IMG/VR virus record: IMGVR_UViG_3300026488_000017
Coordinates: 40,396 to 104,395 of that record
DNA from: a virus
Lineage: Duplodnaviria; Heunggongvirae; Uroviricota; Caudoviricetes
Strand: one strand, 5' to 3'
DNA: 64,000 nucleotides
Below are positions 35,651 to 44,340 of the stretch, in pieces; the stretch's first letter is position 1; every line of letters starts with the position of its first letter. Below the pieces are notes generated by a model that worked only from the letters and a program-made list of their open reading frames with translations, was not told the DNA's origin and ran no database searches. Made by a program: the position numbers and the translations under genes.

Positions 35651-36921
35651 TGGCAGATAACAGAAATCCTATAAAGAGTACCGGTTGGTCACTCAAAGAA
35701 ATAGCAAAGAAATTCAAAGATGGTATTACTACTCACTCTGAATCAAAAGGTGAAATGGGAGAGGTTTCTACGCCTCTCGTTAATCTACCACTTAATCGTG
35801 ATTTATATTTCTCGTATGGTGTAGGTGAAGTAGAATTTTTTAGGAATTCTGTTGGTACTTATTTCGATTTACAAAACATAATGAGAACAGCACAAATGAA
35901 TGTGCCTCGTTTTGGTCCTAATGGTTTATTGGTAGAATACCAAACGACAAATCTAATTGCTTACAGCACTGATAGTGCATCTAGTAGATGGACAGCACCT
36001 AACAGTGGTTGGGCTGGGTCTATAAACGCTTATTTTTCTCCAGATGGTACTAAGAATGCAGATAAGATTTTGACATCTAAAACAGCAAGTACTCTTCGTT
36101 TTGTTCTTAGTAATACTCCTACTGATACACAAGGTACACTAGCTAATATGTCTGCTGGTACATATACATTCAGTTTTTATATTAAAGATGTCGATGGTGG
36201 TGTACAATCACTAAATATTTTAGTGGGTTCAGAAAATATCGATTTAGAATACAATACATCAGATAAATGGACAAGACAAATAGCTACTTTTACAGTAACA
36301 GCCTTTACTAACATTGATTTAATTATAGGTTCAGATGGTACATTAAATAATAGTAGTATTTGGGGTGTCCAACTAGAAAAGGAAGAAGGTGTTTCGAGTC
36401 TTATTCAAACTGTTGGCACTGGATTAACTAGAAAGGCAGATTTTGTTGAAGTTCAAGGACTAAACAACTTCCCCGATTGTACTAAAGTTTCAGCCACTAT
36501 ACAGTTCACACCAGTTAATACTTCAGGTGGATATGATATTATGGGTGGATACGATGGTACAACAAAAGTAACATCTTTTTCATTAGATGATTCACTTAGT
36601 CTTAAAGCACTCGTGATAGATGAAAATGATGTCGGGTCAAGTTTAGCTACACCACCTGACTATATAGAACTTGAAGATGCACAAACTTACACATTTGGTT
36701 ATGCTTTAAATAACCAAAATGATACTTGTGATTTATTCTTAGGTTCAGTAATATTACCGAGTACAGCATCGATTGTGAACGACTTCATACCAAAAGGAAT
36801 AGTAGATACTATTGTATTGGGCGGAGAGAGAGGAAACAGTACAGCTAGAATGGCTGGGTACATTAAAAATCTAAAGATATTTGATAAAACTTTAATAAAA
36901 GCATCATTTAGTCTTATATAA
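35650..36921 (+). CDS. tail fibre/receptor-binding protein, paralog 2
   Basis: homologous blocks (NVPRFGPNGLLVEY..TNLIAYS, IWGVQLEKEEG); ATG overlaps the upstream stop (TAATG). Confidence 0.5.
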   Translation: MADNRNPIKSTGWSLKEIAKKFKDGITTHSESKGEMGEVSTPLVNLPLNRDLYFSYGVGEVEFFRNSVGTYFDLQNIMRTAQMNVPRFGPNGLLVEYQTTNLIAYSTDSASSRWTAPNSGWAGSINAYFSPDGTKNADKILTSKTASTLRFVLSNTPTDTQGTLANMSAGTYTFSFYIKDVDGGVQSLNILVGSENIDLEYNTSDKWTRQIATFTVTAFTNIDLIIGSDGTLNNSSIWGVQLEKEEGVSSLIQTVGTGLTRKADFVEVQGLNNFPDCTKVSATIQFTPVNTSGGYDIMGGYDGTTKVTSFSLDDSLSLKALVIDENDVGSSLATPPDYIELEDAQTYTFGYALNNQNDTCDLFLGSVILPSTASIVNDFIPKGIVDTIVLGGERGNSTARMAGYIKNLKIFDKTLIKASFSLI

Positions 36922-36930
36922 GGAGATATT

Positions 36931-38052
36931 ATGAAATCAGTAAGTTTTGAAAACATCGTTGAATTATTTAACGATGGTATTAGACAAACAGAAGACAATA
37001 ATGGTTTAATGTCCGATTTACAGAATACTATTCTTGAAATGCCCTTAAAGAATTCATTAGTAATGACAAAAGGTCCAGATTCAGGTGAATATACAAGGAC
37101 TGGACAAGCTACTATTATTGATAGATATGGTATCGTTCGTTATTTTAACGCTAATGAGCCTCGTTTCAATGAGAAAGGAATGCTATTTGAGGATTCTCGG
37201 ACAAATCTTATACCATATAGTAATGATTTTAGTCATTGGGGTGGAGCCACAAAAACATCAGGTTTTGGAATATCTCCCGATGGTACACGGAATTCAACAA
37301 AAATAAACTATTCTGGCGGAAATCAATCGGTGTCGATAGCTAATATCACAACGGTTGGACAAAAATATTCAGGTCAAATCTGGATTAAAGGTATCAAAAA
37401 TCAAACGATTCTGTACCAATTCGGAGGTGGTGATAGAATGCACACCTTAACGGGGAAATGGGACCTTATTAAATGGGAAAATTTCACATCGAATAGAACA
37501 GATTTTAACATAAGCACATACGGTGGAGCTACAGCTAGAGAGGTTGAGGTTTTTGGTGCTCAATGTGAATCAGGTGAGATAGCTTCATCATATATTCCTA
37601 CGAATGGTTCTACTGAAACGAGAGGTAAAGATATTCTCAAAATTTATTCTGAAAATATTTTACAATTTAATTCAACAAGAACGATAGCTTTAGATTACAC
37701 GCCTCTTAAAAAAGACTGGTCTGAAACGAGAGAAATTTTAAATTTTAGTAATGCTACGCAGATGAGAATCAATACAGATAATGATTATCAATTTTTCAAT
37801 AACGGGACCAGTATGCTCATCGATGAGGTACAAGGTACTGATACAGAAAGGTTGGTGTACGCATTGAGCGATAATGATTTCAAAGGTTATTTCCAAGGTG
37901 ATTTAGTGAATACAAAACCTATCACGATTACGACAGCTAAGGTAACGAGTATTGATATTGGTTCTGATACCAACCGTTCAGCTTGGGGATATATAAGCAA
38001 TATAAGATTCTACGATAATACGCTTGGTGATATGGCCCTTATTGTGATATAA
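36931..38052 (+). CDS. tail fibre/receptor-binding protein, paralog 3
   Basis: homologous blocks (EPRFNEKGMLFED..TNLIPYSNDFSHWGG..SPDGTRNSTKINY; FGAQCESGEIASSYIPT). Confidence 0.5.
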   Translation: MKSVSFENIVELFNDGIRQTEDNNGLMSDLQNTILEMPLKNSLVMTKGPDSGEYTRTGQATIIDRYGIVRYFNANEPRFNEKGMLFEDSRTNLIPYSNDFSHWGGATKTSGFGISPDGTRNSTKINYSGGNQSVSIANITTVGQKYSGQIWIKGIKNQTILYQFGGGDRMHTLTGKWDLIKWENFTSNRTDFNISTYGGATAREVEVFGAQCESGEIASSYIPTNGSTETRGKDILKIYSENILQFNSTRTIALDYTPLKKDWSETREILNFSNATQMRINTDNDYQFFNNGTSMLIDEVQGTDTERLVYALSDNDFKGYFQGDLVNTKPITITTAKVTSIDIGSDTNRSAWGYISNIRFYDNTLGDMALIVI

Positions 38053-38079
38053 ATATAATAAAAGAATAAGGAGAATATT

Positions 38080-38457
38080 ATGGCATTCAATAGATTAATA
38101 ATAACATACAGCGAAAATACGAAAAAATTAGAAAAAGAAATGAAAGAGGCTTTTCCTGAGCGTGTAAAGGTCGATGACAATGGAGATATTTATTTCGATA
38201 TTATCAAGACACAAACCGTACGAAAGAATAACCTTACCTTATCAGCTATATTAGTGCAGTCTCCATCGGATTATGAAATGCTTGATAGTTTACAGTATCT
38301 AACAGTGCTTGGTTCGTACGAAAAAATATTCAAAACACCTAGCTTATTAAAAATATACAAAAAGGTATATGATTTCACTAAAGCTGTTAAAGCTGTTGAT
38401 GAAAATGGAATTAAATATGAGTGGTTTCCACCTGAAAAGTTCTGTGACATAGCATAG
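38080..38457 (+). CDS. hypothetical protein
   Basis: ORF in the plus-strand island. Confidence 0.4.
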   Translation: MAFNRLIITYSENTKKLEKEMKEAFPERVKVDDNGDIYFDIIKTQTVRKNNLTLSAILVQSPSDYEMLDSLQYLTVLGSYEKIFKTPSLLKIYKKVYDFTKAVKAVDENGIKYEWFPPEKFCDIA

Positions 38458-38467
38458 GTGATAGCTT

Positions 38468-38941
38468 ATGATTTGTACATTAGAGGTTACAAAAAATCTC
38501 GATAGCATTTCTAAGGATTTAAGCTTACAGCTTAATGCTTTAGATGAGGATATGAACTCACTACACAAGCATATAATACAGCTTGGAGTGAAATATCCAG
38601 AACAGCAGGAGCTTATTGAGTTCATCGTATTCATTAACGATAGATTGGGTACAAGACACAGCCAAGTTGAGGACATTATGAGCCAAACTATCTCTGATTT
38701 AATTAGTTGCGAGAAACAAATGGTAGTCATAAATGAGAAACTAATGACAAAAATAGATTCAATATCAAGCAAAAAAGGTTTTTGGAGTACTGTCGGGAGT
38801 AAGATTTCTTCAGTAAATGATATTAAAGTATTATTTGGTTTAGGTTTTGTTGTTTCATTGGTCATTGCTAGAATATTCTTTCCAGAATCTAGTAGCGAAT
38901 TCTTAGCTGATATGATAAATATTACAATAGGTAAAAAATAA
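38468..38941 (+). CDS. hypothetical protein with C-terminal TM helix
   Basis: VLFGLGFVVSLVIARIFF hydrophobic C-terminus. Confidence 0.4.
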   Translation: MICTLEVTKNLDSISKDLSLQLNALDEDMNSLHKHIIQLGVKYPEQQELIEFIVFINDRLGTRHSQVEDIMSQTISDLISCEKQMVVINEKLMTKIDSISSKKGFWSTVGSKISSVNDIKVLFGLGFVVSLVIARIFFPESSSEFLADMINITIGKK

Positions 38942-38951
38942 GGAGAATATT

Positions 38952-39632
38952 ATGTTTGAAAAATTTATGAGTCTTTTCAGACCCAAAGAAGAGGTTGAAA
39001 AGGGTATTGTTAGTGCAGACCTTTTCAGCGTTGAAGAAGTAGATAAAACAGACCAACATCAAAAATGTTTAGATAGATATGGTGAGTGTAGGTTATGCGA
39101 ATTAGAGAATGACTACCTTCACGAAATATTAGATGAGTGTGAGTTAAAAATAGACCCAAATAAAGAATCTATTCTGTTACTAGATGATAATAGTGGTGTG
39201 ATTTCTTTCTTAATGGACGATTTCAATAGTATTAAGAAGAATGGTGGATTTGACCACACAAAATATAATGTTTTGAAACTAGATACAAAACTTGCAGCAT
39301 TTAAGTTGAGAGCTCTTCTATACAGTAACAAAAAATTAAGAATAAAATATGCTATATTAGATATTACTCTAGGTGGTACACTATACAGTAATGAAGGTAG
39401 AAATATTACATTAGATGGTGTAGATAGCCTTTTAGATATTTTAGAAGTACATCCTGATGTAAAATATTTCTTCTATACTGGAAATAAACTAAATCCTTAT
39501 ATTAAAAAGAATGAGGAAATTATTTCAAAATTTAGTAAGAAATTAGATGGTAATATAAACGATAAGATTTTATTCAAAACAAGTTTAACGAGAGAAGGTA
39601 GGCAAGAATATATTAGTAAGTTTTTTGAGTAA
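38952..39632 (+). CDS. response-regulator receiver (REC) domain protein with N-terminal Cys cluster
   Basis: LLLDDNSGV (acidic pair), AILDITLGG (phospho-acceptor Asp), FFYTGNK (conserved Thr) and PYIKK (conserved Lys) at REC-like spacing; N-terminal C-x6-C-x2-C...C. Confidence 0.5.
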   Translation: MFEKFMSLFRPKEEVEKGIVSADLFSVEEVDKTDQHQKCLDRYGECRLCELENDYLHEILDECELKIDPNKESILLLDDNSGVISFLMDDFNSIKKNGGFDHTKYNVLKLDTKLAAFKLRALLYSNKKLRIKYAILDITLGGTLYSNEGRNITLDGVDSLLDILEVHPDVKYFFYTGNKLNPYIKKNEEIISKFSKKLDGNINDKILFKTSLTREGRQEYISKFFE

Positions 39633-39634
39633 AT

Positions 39635-40825
39635 ATGAAGAATATAACGCTATACAAAAAACAAATAATAATATTCTTCTTAGCTATTTCAATAATGATG
39701 GTTTCATTAACTGCTATGATTGTGGAAACTCGTTCACATTTACTACAAGCAAAAGCAAATGTATATATGTCGAGAGTAATCGAAGACCGTTCTCCGTTAG
39801 AAAACTCGTTTAGAATACTAAAAGATGGGTGCACCTGGTATGTGGATAATAACCTGAATATTACAGGCAAAAGAGACAACAATATGGTCCCTCTAATCCA
39901 GATTGGTGATGTAATCCTTGATACTGATTATGAAATTTTTGTAGAATATGACGGTTATCTGCTGGTTGATGATAATATAGGGAATGTGTTATTTAAGCTT
40001 CTATGGTATGGTGCATTATTCTCATTCATACTCATTGTTATTATGTTGCTACTACTAGATACTTCGGTATCCAAAGAAAGAGACCACACTCTCAAAATAT
40101 TATTAAGCAATGAAGCTTTGTCATCGAGTAAAACTACGATTATGATTACAGAAAATGTGCACCACGAACTCAACACACCAATGGAAGTAATAGAAAACAA
40201 GATTGCTAAAATCCAAGATTTCTTGCTACCGGTGCTTTTAAATGAAGATTTATTTGTTAAAGAATATGCTTTAGAAATCAACGATGACTTTGAATTGATT
40301 GCAGAATCAGCAGAATTAGTACATAATGTTCTTAATAGTATGAAAGAATATAAGCACCTTAGATATAGTAATGGCAATAAAACTCTGTATGACATCATCA
40401 ATGGTGCATTTAGTATATTAAATTATACTACTGGTAACTTCAACTATGAAGTAGATGTTAGATTGAAATTGTATAAGCTAGATGATTCTACATTCAGGAA
40501 TGCTACTCTAGTGAATATAATTTTAAATCACTTGAAGAACTCGCTATCTGCTAATAGCACAAAGATAATAGTGCTATTCGATAAAATAGAAAAGGGTATA
40601 TGTACTTTTAGAATCATTGATAATGGTAATGGGATAGCGAAGAAGAACATCGCAGAGATTTTTAAACCAAATTTCAGCACAAAAGATGTTCCAGGGGAGA
40701 TTTCAGGTAACGGGTTATTTCTCAATAAGACTATACTAACAGAACATAGTGGAGGCCTAAAACTAATCGACACATCAACTCTAGGTACTACATTCGGTAT
40801 TGGTGTTCCAGCAATTCTACGCTAG
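39635..40825 (+). CDS. membrane-bound sensor histidine kinase
   Basis: two TM helices flanking an extracytoplasmic loop of about 90 aa; H-box HHELNTPMEVIEN; N-box IILNHLKNSL; G1 DNGNGI; F IFKPNF; G2 GNGLFL. Confidence 0.7.
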   Translation: MKNITLYKKQIIIFFLAISIMMVSLTAMIVETRSHLLQAKANVYMSRVIEDRSPLENSFRILKDGCTWYVDNNLNITGKRDNNMVPLIQIGDVILDTDYEIFVEYDGYLLVDDNIGNVLFKLLWYGALFSFILIVIMLLLLDTSVSKERDHTLKILLSNEALSSSKTTIMITENVHHELNTPMEVIENKIAKIQDFLLPVLLNEDLFVKEYALEINDDFELIAESAELVHNVLNSMKEYKHLRYSNGNKTLYDIINGAFSILNYTTGNFNYEVDVRLKLYKLDDSTFRNATLVNIILNHLKNSLSANSTKIIVLFDKIEKGICTFRIIDNGNGIAKKNIAEIFKPNFSTKDVPGEISGNGLFLNKTILTEHSGGLKLIDTSTLGTTFGIGVPAILR

Positions 40826-41143
40826 AATATCTAATTCATTTTTCGTTACTGGTTCGAGATTACAATCTAACATTAGCATTGTAGTTTCATATTTTGTGGA
40901 AGTTTCGTGAAGTTTTTCTAAGACTGCAGACATCGTTGTGTTGGAGATTTTAAGCTGTTTATTAGCATACTCTAGCTTCGATGCTAAGTCTTCATTGGCA
41001 TCTTGTAAAGACTTACATTTATTTAATAGAAAATCACGACTACGGTCTGCTTTCAAATCAACAATCTCTTGCTTCAATCCTGCATACAATGCATTCATTT
41101 CATCTACTTGGTCTTGTGTGAGTTTATATTTTTTAGTGAACAT
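40817..41143 (-). CDS. hypothetical coiled-coil protein
   Basis: ORF; promoter motif upstream (41150-41192). Confidence 0.4.
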   Translation of the reverse strand: MFTKKYKLTQDQVDEMNALYAGLKQEIVDLKADRSRDFLLNKCKSLQDANEDLASKLEYANKQLKISNTTMSAVLEKLHETSTKYETTMLMLDCNLEPVTKNELDILA

Positions 41144-41147
41144 AGTT

Positions 41148-41196
41148 ATCCTTTATATACAATATTATAACATAAAGGACCTTAAAGCTTTATTAA
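41148..41196 (-). promoter_or_regulatory. conserved promoter motif
   Basis: ctttatatacaatattataacataaaggaccttaaagcttt. Confidence 0.45.
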
Positions 41197-41417
41197 ACTA
41201 AGTAATATCCTAAAGCTCCTAATTCTTTCTCTCCGAAAAATTTAGTGTTCTTCCCATCAGAAAGACCTACTTCGAATTGTGATTTATCAACGACCTCGAA
41301 AGCCGTGTTTGGTCTGTAAGATTTCTTACCAATAACCACATAATCTTCAAACGCTACAGTTTCGCCTAAATCAGGTAAGTTCACTTTCTCGTTTAGTGCA
41401 AATTTCTTAAATGTCAT
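41193..41417 (-). CDS. hypothetical small protein
   Basis: ORF. Confidence 0.35.
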   Translation of the reverse strand: MTFKKFALNEKVNLPDLGETVAFEDYVVIGKKSYRPNTAFEVVDKSQFEVGLSDGKNTKFFGEKELGALGYYLV

Positions 41418-41418
41418 A

Positions 41419-42972
41419 TTATTCTCCTAAGTATAATTCTTTAATCTCATCATACATTTTATGTATTGATTTATGAGTGTGTTTCTTGAAATATTTTTCA
41501 TCTTCTATATTAGCTATCACTTTAGTTGCACTCGTGTCATCATCAGTTCTTAGTGTCTCTACGACACTTAAATCAGGATTACGAGATAATGAGTGTTTGT
41601 AGTCTGAAACCCTATCAGACCCCGCTAATACAATATTTATATTCTTATCAGCCTTACCCATAATACCAAATAGATTTCCAGTCGAGTGATTAACAATTTC
41701 TACTTTAGGGAATGCTGTCTTAACCATCTTGTTTCTTAAATCTTTTGAGAATTTAGTTTCTTTTCCAGTAACAACACAAACTACACCACCATCATAGTCT
41801 TGTAGTCCTTTTTGAATGATTTTGTAATGAGCTTCAGTAAGAATCCTAAATTTACCTAAGAATAAAAAGTTATTATTTTCTTTTAATCTCTTTCTAAGAA
41901 TCATTTTGATATTACCTTGAATATCATCTTTTATCATTGTGTTATCTCTTTTAGTGTGTTTAAAACGAATCGTAGTACCTTTCAGTTCTTTCGCTGCTTT
42001 CTTAAGGAAATTAGGAAATTCCTTTTCTGTGACTGGTTTTACTGTGATTCTCATAATGATTTCAAGAGCATACATCCTTACTTGTTTCCAATATAAGTCG
42101 TTCTTATCATCCTCATCTTCATTGTATCTTGCTTTAATAGCCCTTCTTGCTTCGGGGTCTATTTGGTACTCTTGCTGAAATTTAAGAATAGTTCCATTTT
42201 TAAAGTCAATTACTACACCTTCTTCAACACCACCATATACTGACTCAACCTCTAAGAACATTTCTCTTAGGTCATCGATAAGTAATTCTTTGTTAGTCCA
42301 ATTCATTGAAGATTTTCTCTGAGCATAAATACTCTTTAATTCTTTCATTTTGATTGATTTCTCAAAAGTAGCAGGATTACCTAAAATACCTTCGAATAAT
42401 AGAGCAGGTACATCAAGACCTATGATTTTAGCATATTTGTCACGACCTTCAGTATTGAAAGCAGTAGGCGAAGATTTTAGTTTCCCCATTTTGTTTGTGT
42501 ACGATGTAGGTGAATATGCAATAAGCACCATACCGTGAGTCTGCTTGTAAGAAGATGATAATGTAGGTTTTCTCATTAAGAACTCAACAAAAAATTCCGT
42601 TGAATCAGCAATACCAGATATTTTTCCTTGTTTTTCTAAGTGATTAAATATTATTTGGAATTGAGCATTAGCAATACTAGATTTCTTGATACTTGAATCA
42701 GCAGCGAAATCAAATTCACCTGGATACTGAACCTCACCTTTGTATGCAACAATCCAATCAGTAGTCCAGTCGCCTGTGTCACCGACATATATTAAAGTAA
42801 TCTTAATACCATCCGTTTTATGTTCTACAACACAGCTGTCGCTTAAGAAATTATCTCTTTTTTTGTCGTTTGTCACAAACTTACCAACTGACTTGATACT
42901 TATGTCTAGTTGGTCTTTGGCTTCTGTTAAGAAACCACTGAAACTCTTTAAATTTATCATTCTATTCTCCAT
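41419..42972 (-). CDS. ATP-dependent RNA-ligase-like nucleotidyltransferase with C-terminal cytidylyltransferase-like domain
   Basis: motif I EHKTDGIKI (KxDG), motif IV EGVVID, motif V ILKF; C-terminal GKFRILTEAH resembles the (H/T)xGH nucleotidyltransferase motif. Confidence 0.45.
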   Translation of the reverse strand: MENRMINLKSFSGFLTEAKDQLDISIKSVGKFVTNDKKRDNFLSDSCVVEHKTDGIKITLIYVGDTGDWTTDWIVAYKGEVQYPGEFDFAADSSIKKSSIANAQFQIIFNHLEKQGKISGIADSTEFFVEFLMRKPTLSSSYKQTHGMVLIAYSPTSYTNKMGKLKSSPTAFNTEGRDKYAKIIGLDVPALLFEGILGNPATFEKSIKMKELKSIYAQRKSSMNWTNKELLIDDLREMFLEVESVYGGVEEGVVIDFKNGTILKFQQEYQIDPEARRAIKARYNEDEDDKNDLYWKQVRMYALEIIMRITVKPVTEKEFPNFLKKAAKELKGTTIRFKHTKRDNTMIKDDIQGNIKMILRKRLKENNNFLFLGKFRILTEAHYKIIQKGLQDYDGGVVCVVTGKETKFSKDLRNKMVKTAFPKVEIVNHSTGNLFGIMGKADKNINIVLAGSDRVSDYKHSLSRNPDLSVVETLRTDDDTSATKVIANIEDEKYFKKHTHKSIHKMYDEIKELYLGE

Positions 42973-42974
42973 TT

Positions 42975-44339
42975 TTAATATAATTTTGCGAAAGGGCCAA
43001 ATACATCACCTTTCTTCATAGCTAAGTAAACTAATGATACTGAAACTTCTTCTATTTTTTTGGTGTGATAGAATTCGTATAAGAACGATAGTTGCATTAA
43101 TTTTGTTTTAGCTATCTTAGGTTTACTTTTAAAGACTTTTCTCATATTATCCACAAAAACTTTTTCTTTCACTATACCCATTTCAGTTTTACCAACCAAA
43201 TAATTGAATATTTCTGTAAATTCATCTACTCGTTTATCAAAAGATTTAACATCTTTTGGGAATGTATTATGGTCATTGTTGAATTTTCTGCTATATTTCT
43301 TCATTAGCATTTTAACCATTTCTACTGGTGCTTTACCGAGTCTCGCTGCTGTAGATTTATTGGATGTGCCTTCAAGTTTTAAGTTTCCACCGTTGTCTTT
43401 TACTTGTATTTTTACTAATTCAGCAGATGACTTAACATAAATATAAGAATCTTGAGATTCGAAACCAGGACTTTTAAGTTTTAGTTTACAAATACTACCA
43501 TAGAACTTGTAATCGTAATCGTTCATTAGATTACCACTAATATTAACATTTTCCCATAGAGCTGTCTTACCACTAATTTTCTTAAGCGAAATACCCACTA
43601 CTTCTTTTGTATCATACATATCTCTAAGTACTCTATTAAATTCTTCTATGTTTGTTACAGTATCATCTATTTTCTTAAATAATCTTCTCTTTACAGTTGA
43701 GAGTTTATTAACCAACCAAATATCAGCTGGGTTCCAAGTATCTTTTTGGCTTATACCGTATTGGTCTTTAACATATTTGCTAATGTCTTCCATAAAATCA
43801 CCACTCTGTGAGTAGTGAGTAAATTTAGTATTACCTACTTCTTTATATACTGTTATTTGTTGTTGATAGAAAGTTTCTTCCCATTCTGTATCCATATCAG
43901 GATACAGTGCTCTAAGGCCTTTACCACAAACCTTAAGGAATTCTTGTTTATTTTTGAAACCATTCTTCTTAATTGACATTTCTATAGCATATAGTGATGC
44001 TCTCTCTTGCTTGATAGTTTCTATTGTAGCGTTAGTTCCACCACCTTGGTTGGAGTACGGTTGTTTGTCTATCTCACTCCACTTGAATTCTTTATCACTT
44101 GATGCCAAGAAAAAGTTTAAATGGCTACCAGTTTTTATTATCTTATTAATCTTTAATATGTCACCAGTGTTTACTGCTTCTATAAATGATTCAGTAATAG
44201 GTGTTAATGTTACAACACCTTCAAATTTTGTTTTGTCTGCAGCAATAAATTTTAATTTCTTTTTATTGATAATATCGTCCCTTATCATACATAGATAAGG
44301 TTTTTCAAAAGTTATATCGCTATTACTAAAAGTAGCCAT
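42975..44339 (-). CDS. hypothetical protein
   Basis: 454-aa ORF, no motif recognised. Confidence 0.45.
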   Translation of the reverse strand: MATFSNSDITFEKPYLCMIRDDIINKKKLKFIAADKTKFEGVVTLTPITESFIEAVNTGDILKINKIIKTGSHLNFFLASSDKEFKWSEIDKQPYSNQGGGTNATIETIKQERASLYAIEMSIKKNGFKNKQEFLKVCGKGLRALYPDMDTEWEETFYQQQITVYKEVGNTKFTHYSQSGDFMEDISKYVKDQYGISQKDTWNPADIWLVNKLSTVKRRLFKKIDDTVTNIEEFNRVLRDMYDTKEVVGISLKKISGKTALWENVNISGNLMNDYDYKFYGSICKLKLKSPGFESQDSYIYVKSSAELVKIQVKDNGGNLKLEGTSNKSTAARLGKAPVEMVKMLMKKYSRKFNNDHNTFPKDVKSFDKRVDEFTEIFNYLVGKTEMGIVKEKVFVDNMRKVFKSKPKIAKTKLMQLSFLYEFYHTKKIEEVSVSLVYLAMKKGDVFGPFAKLY

Positions 44340-44340
44340 A

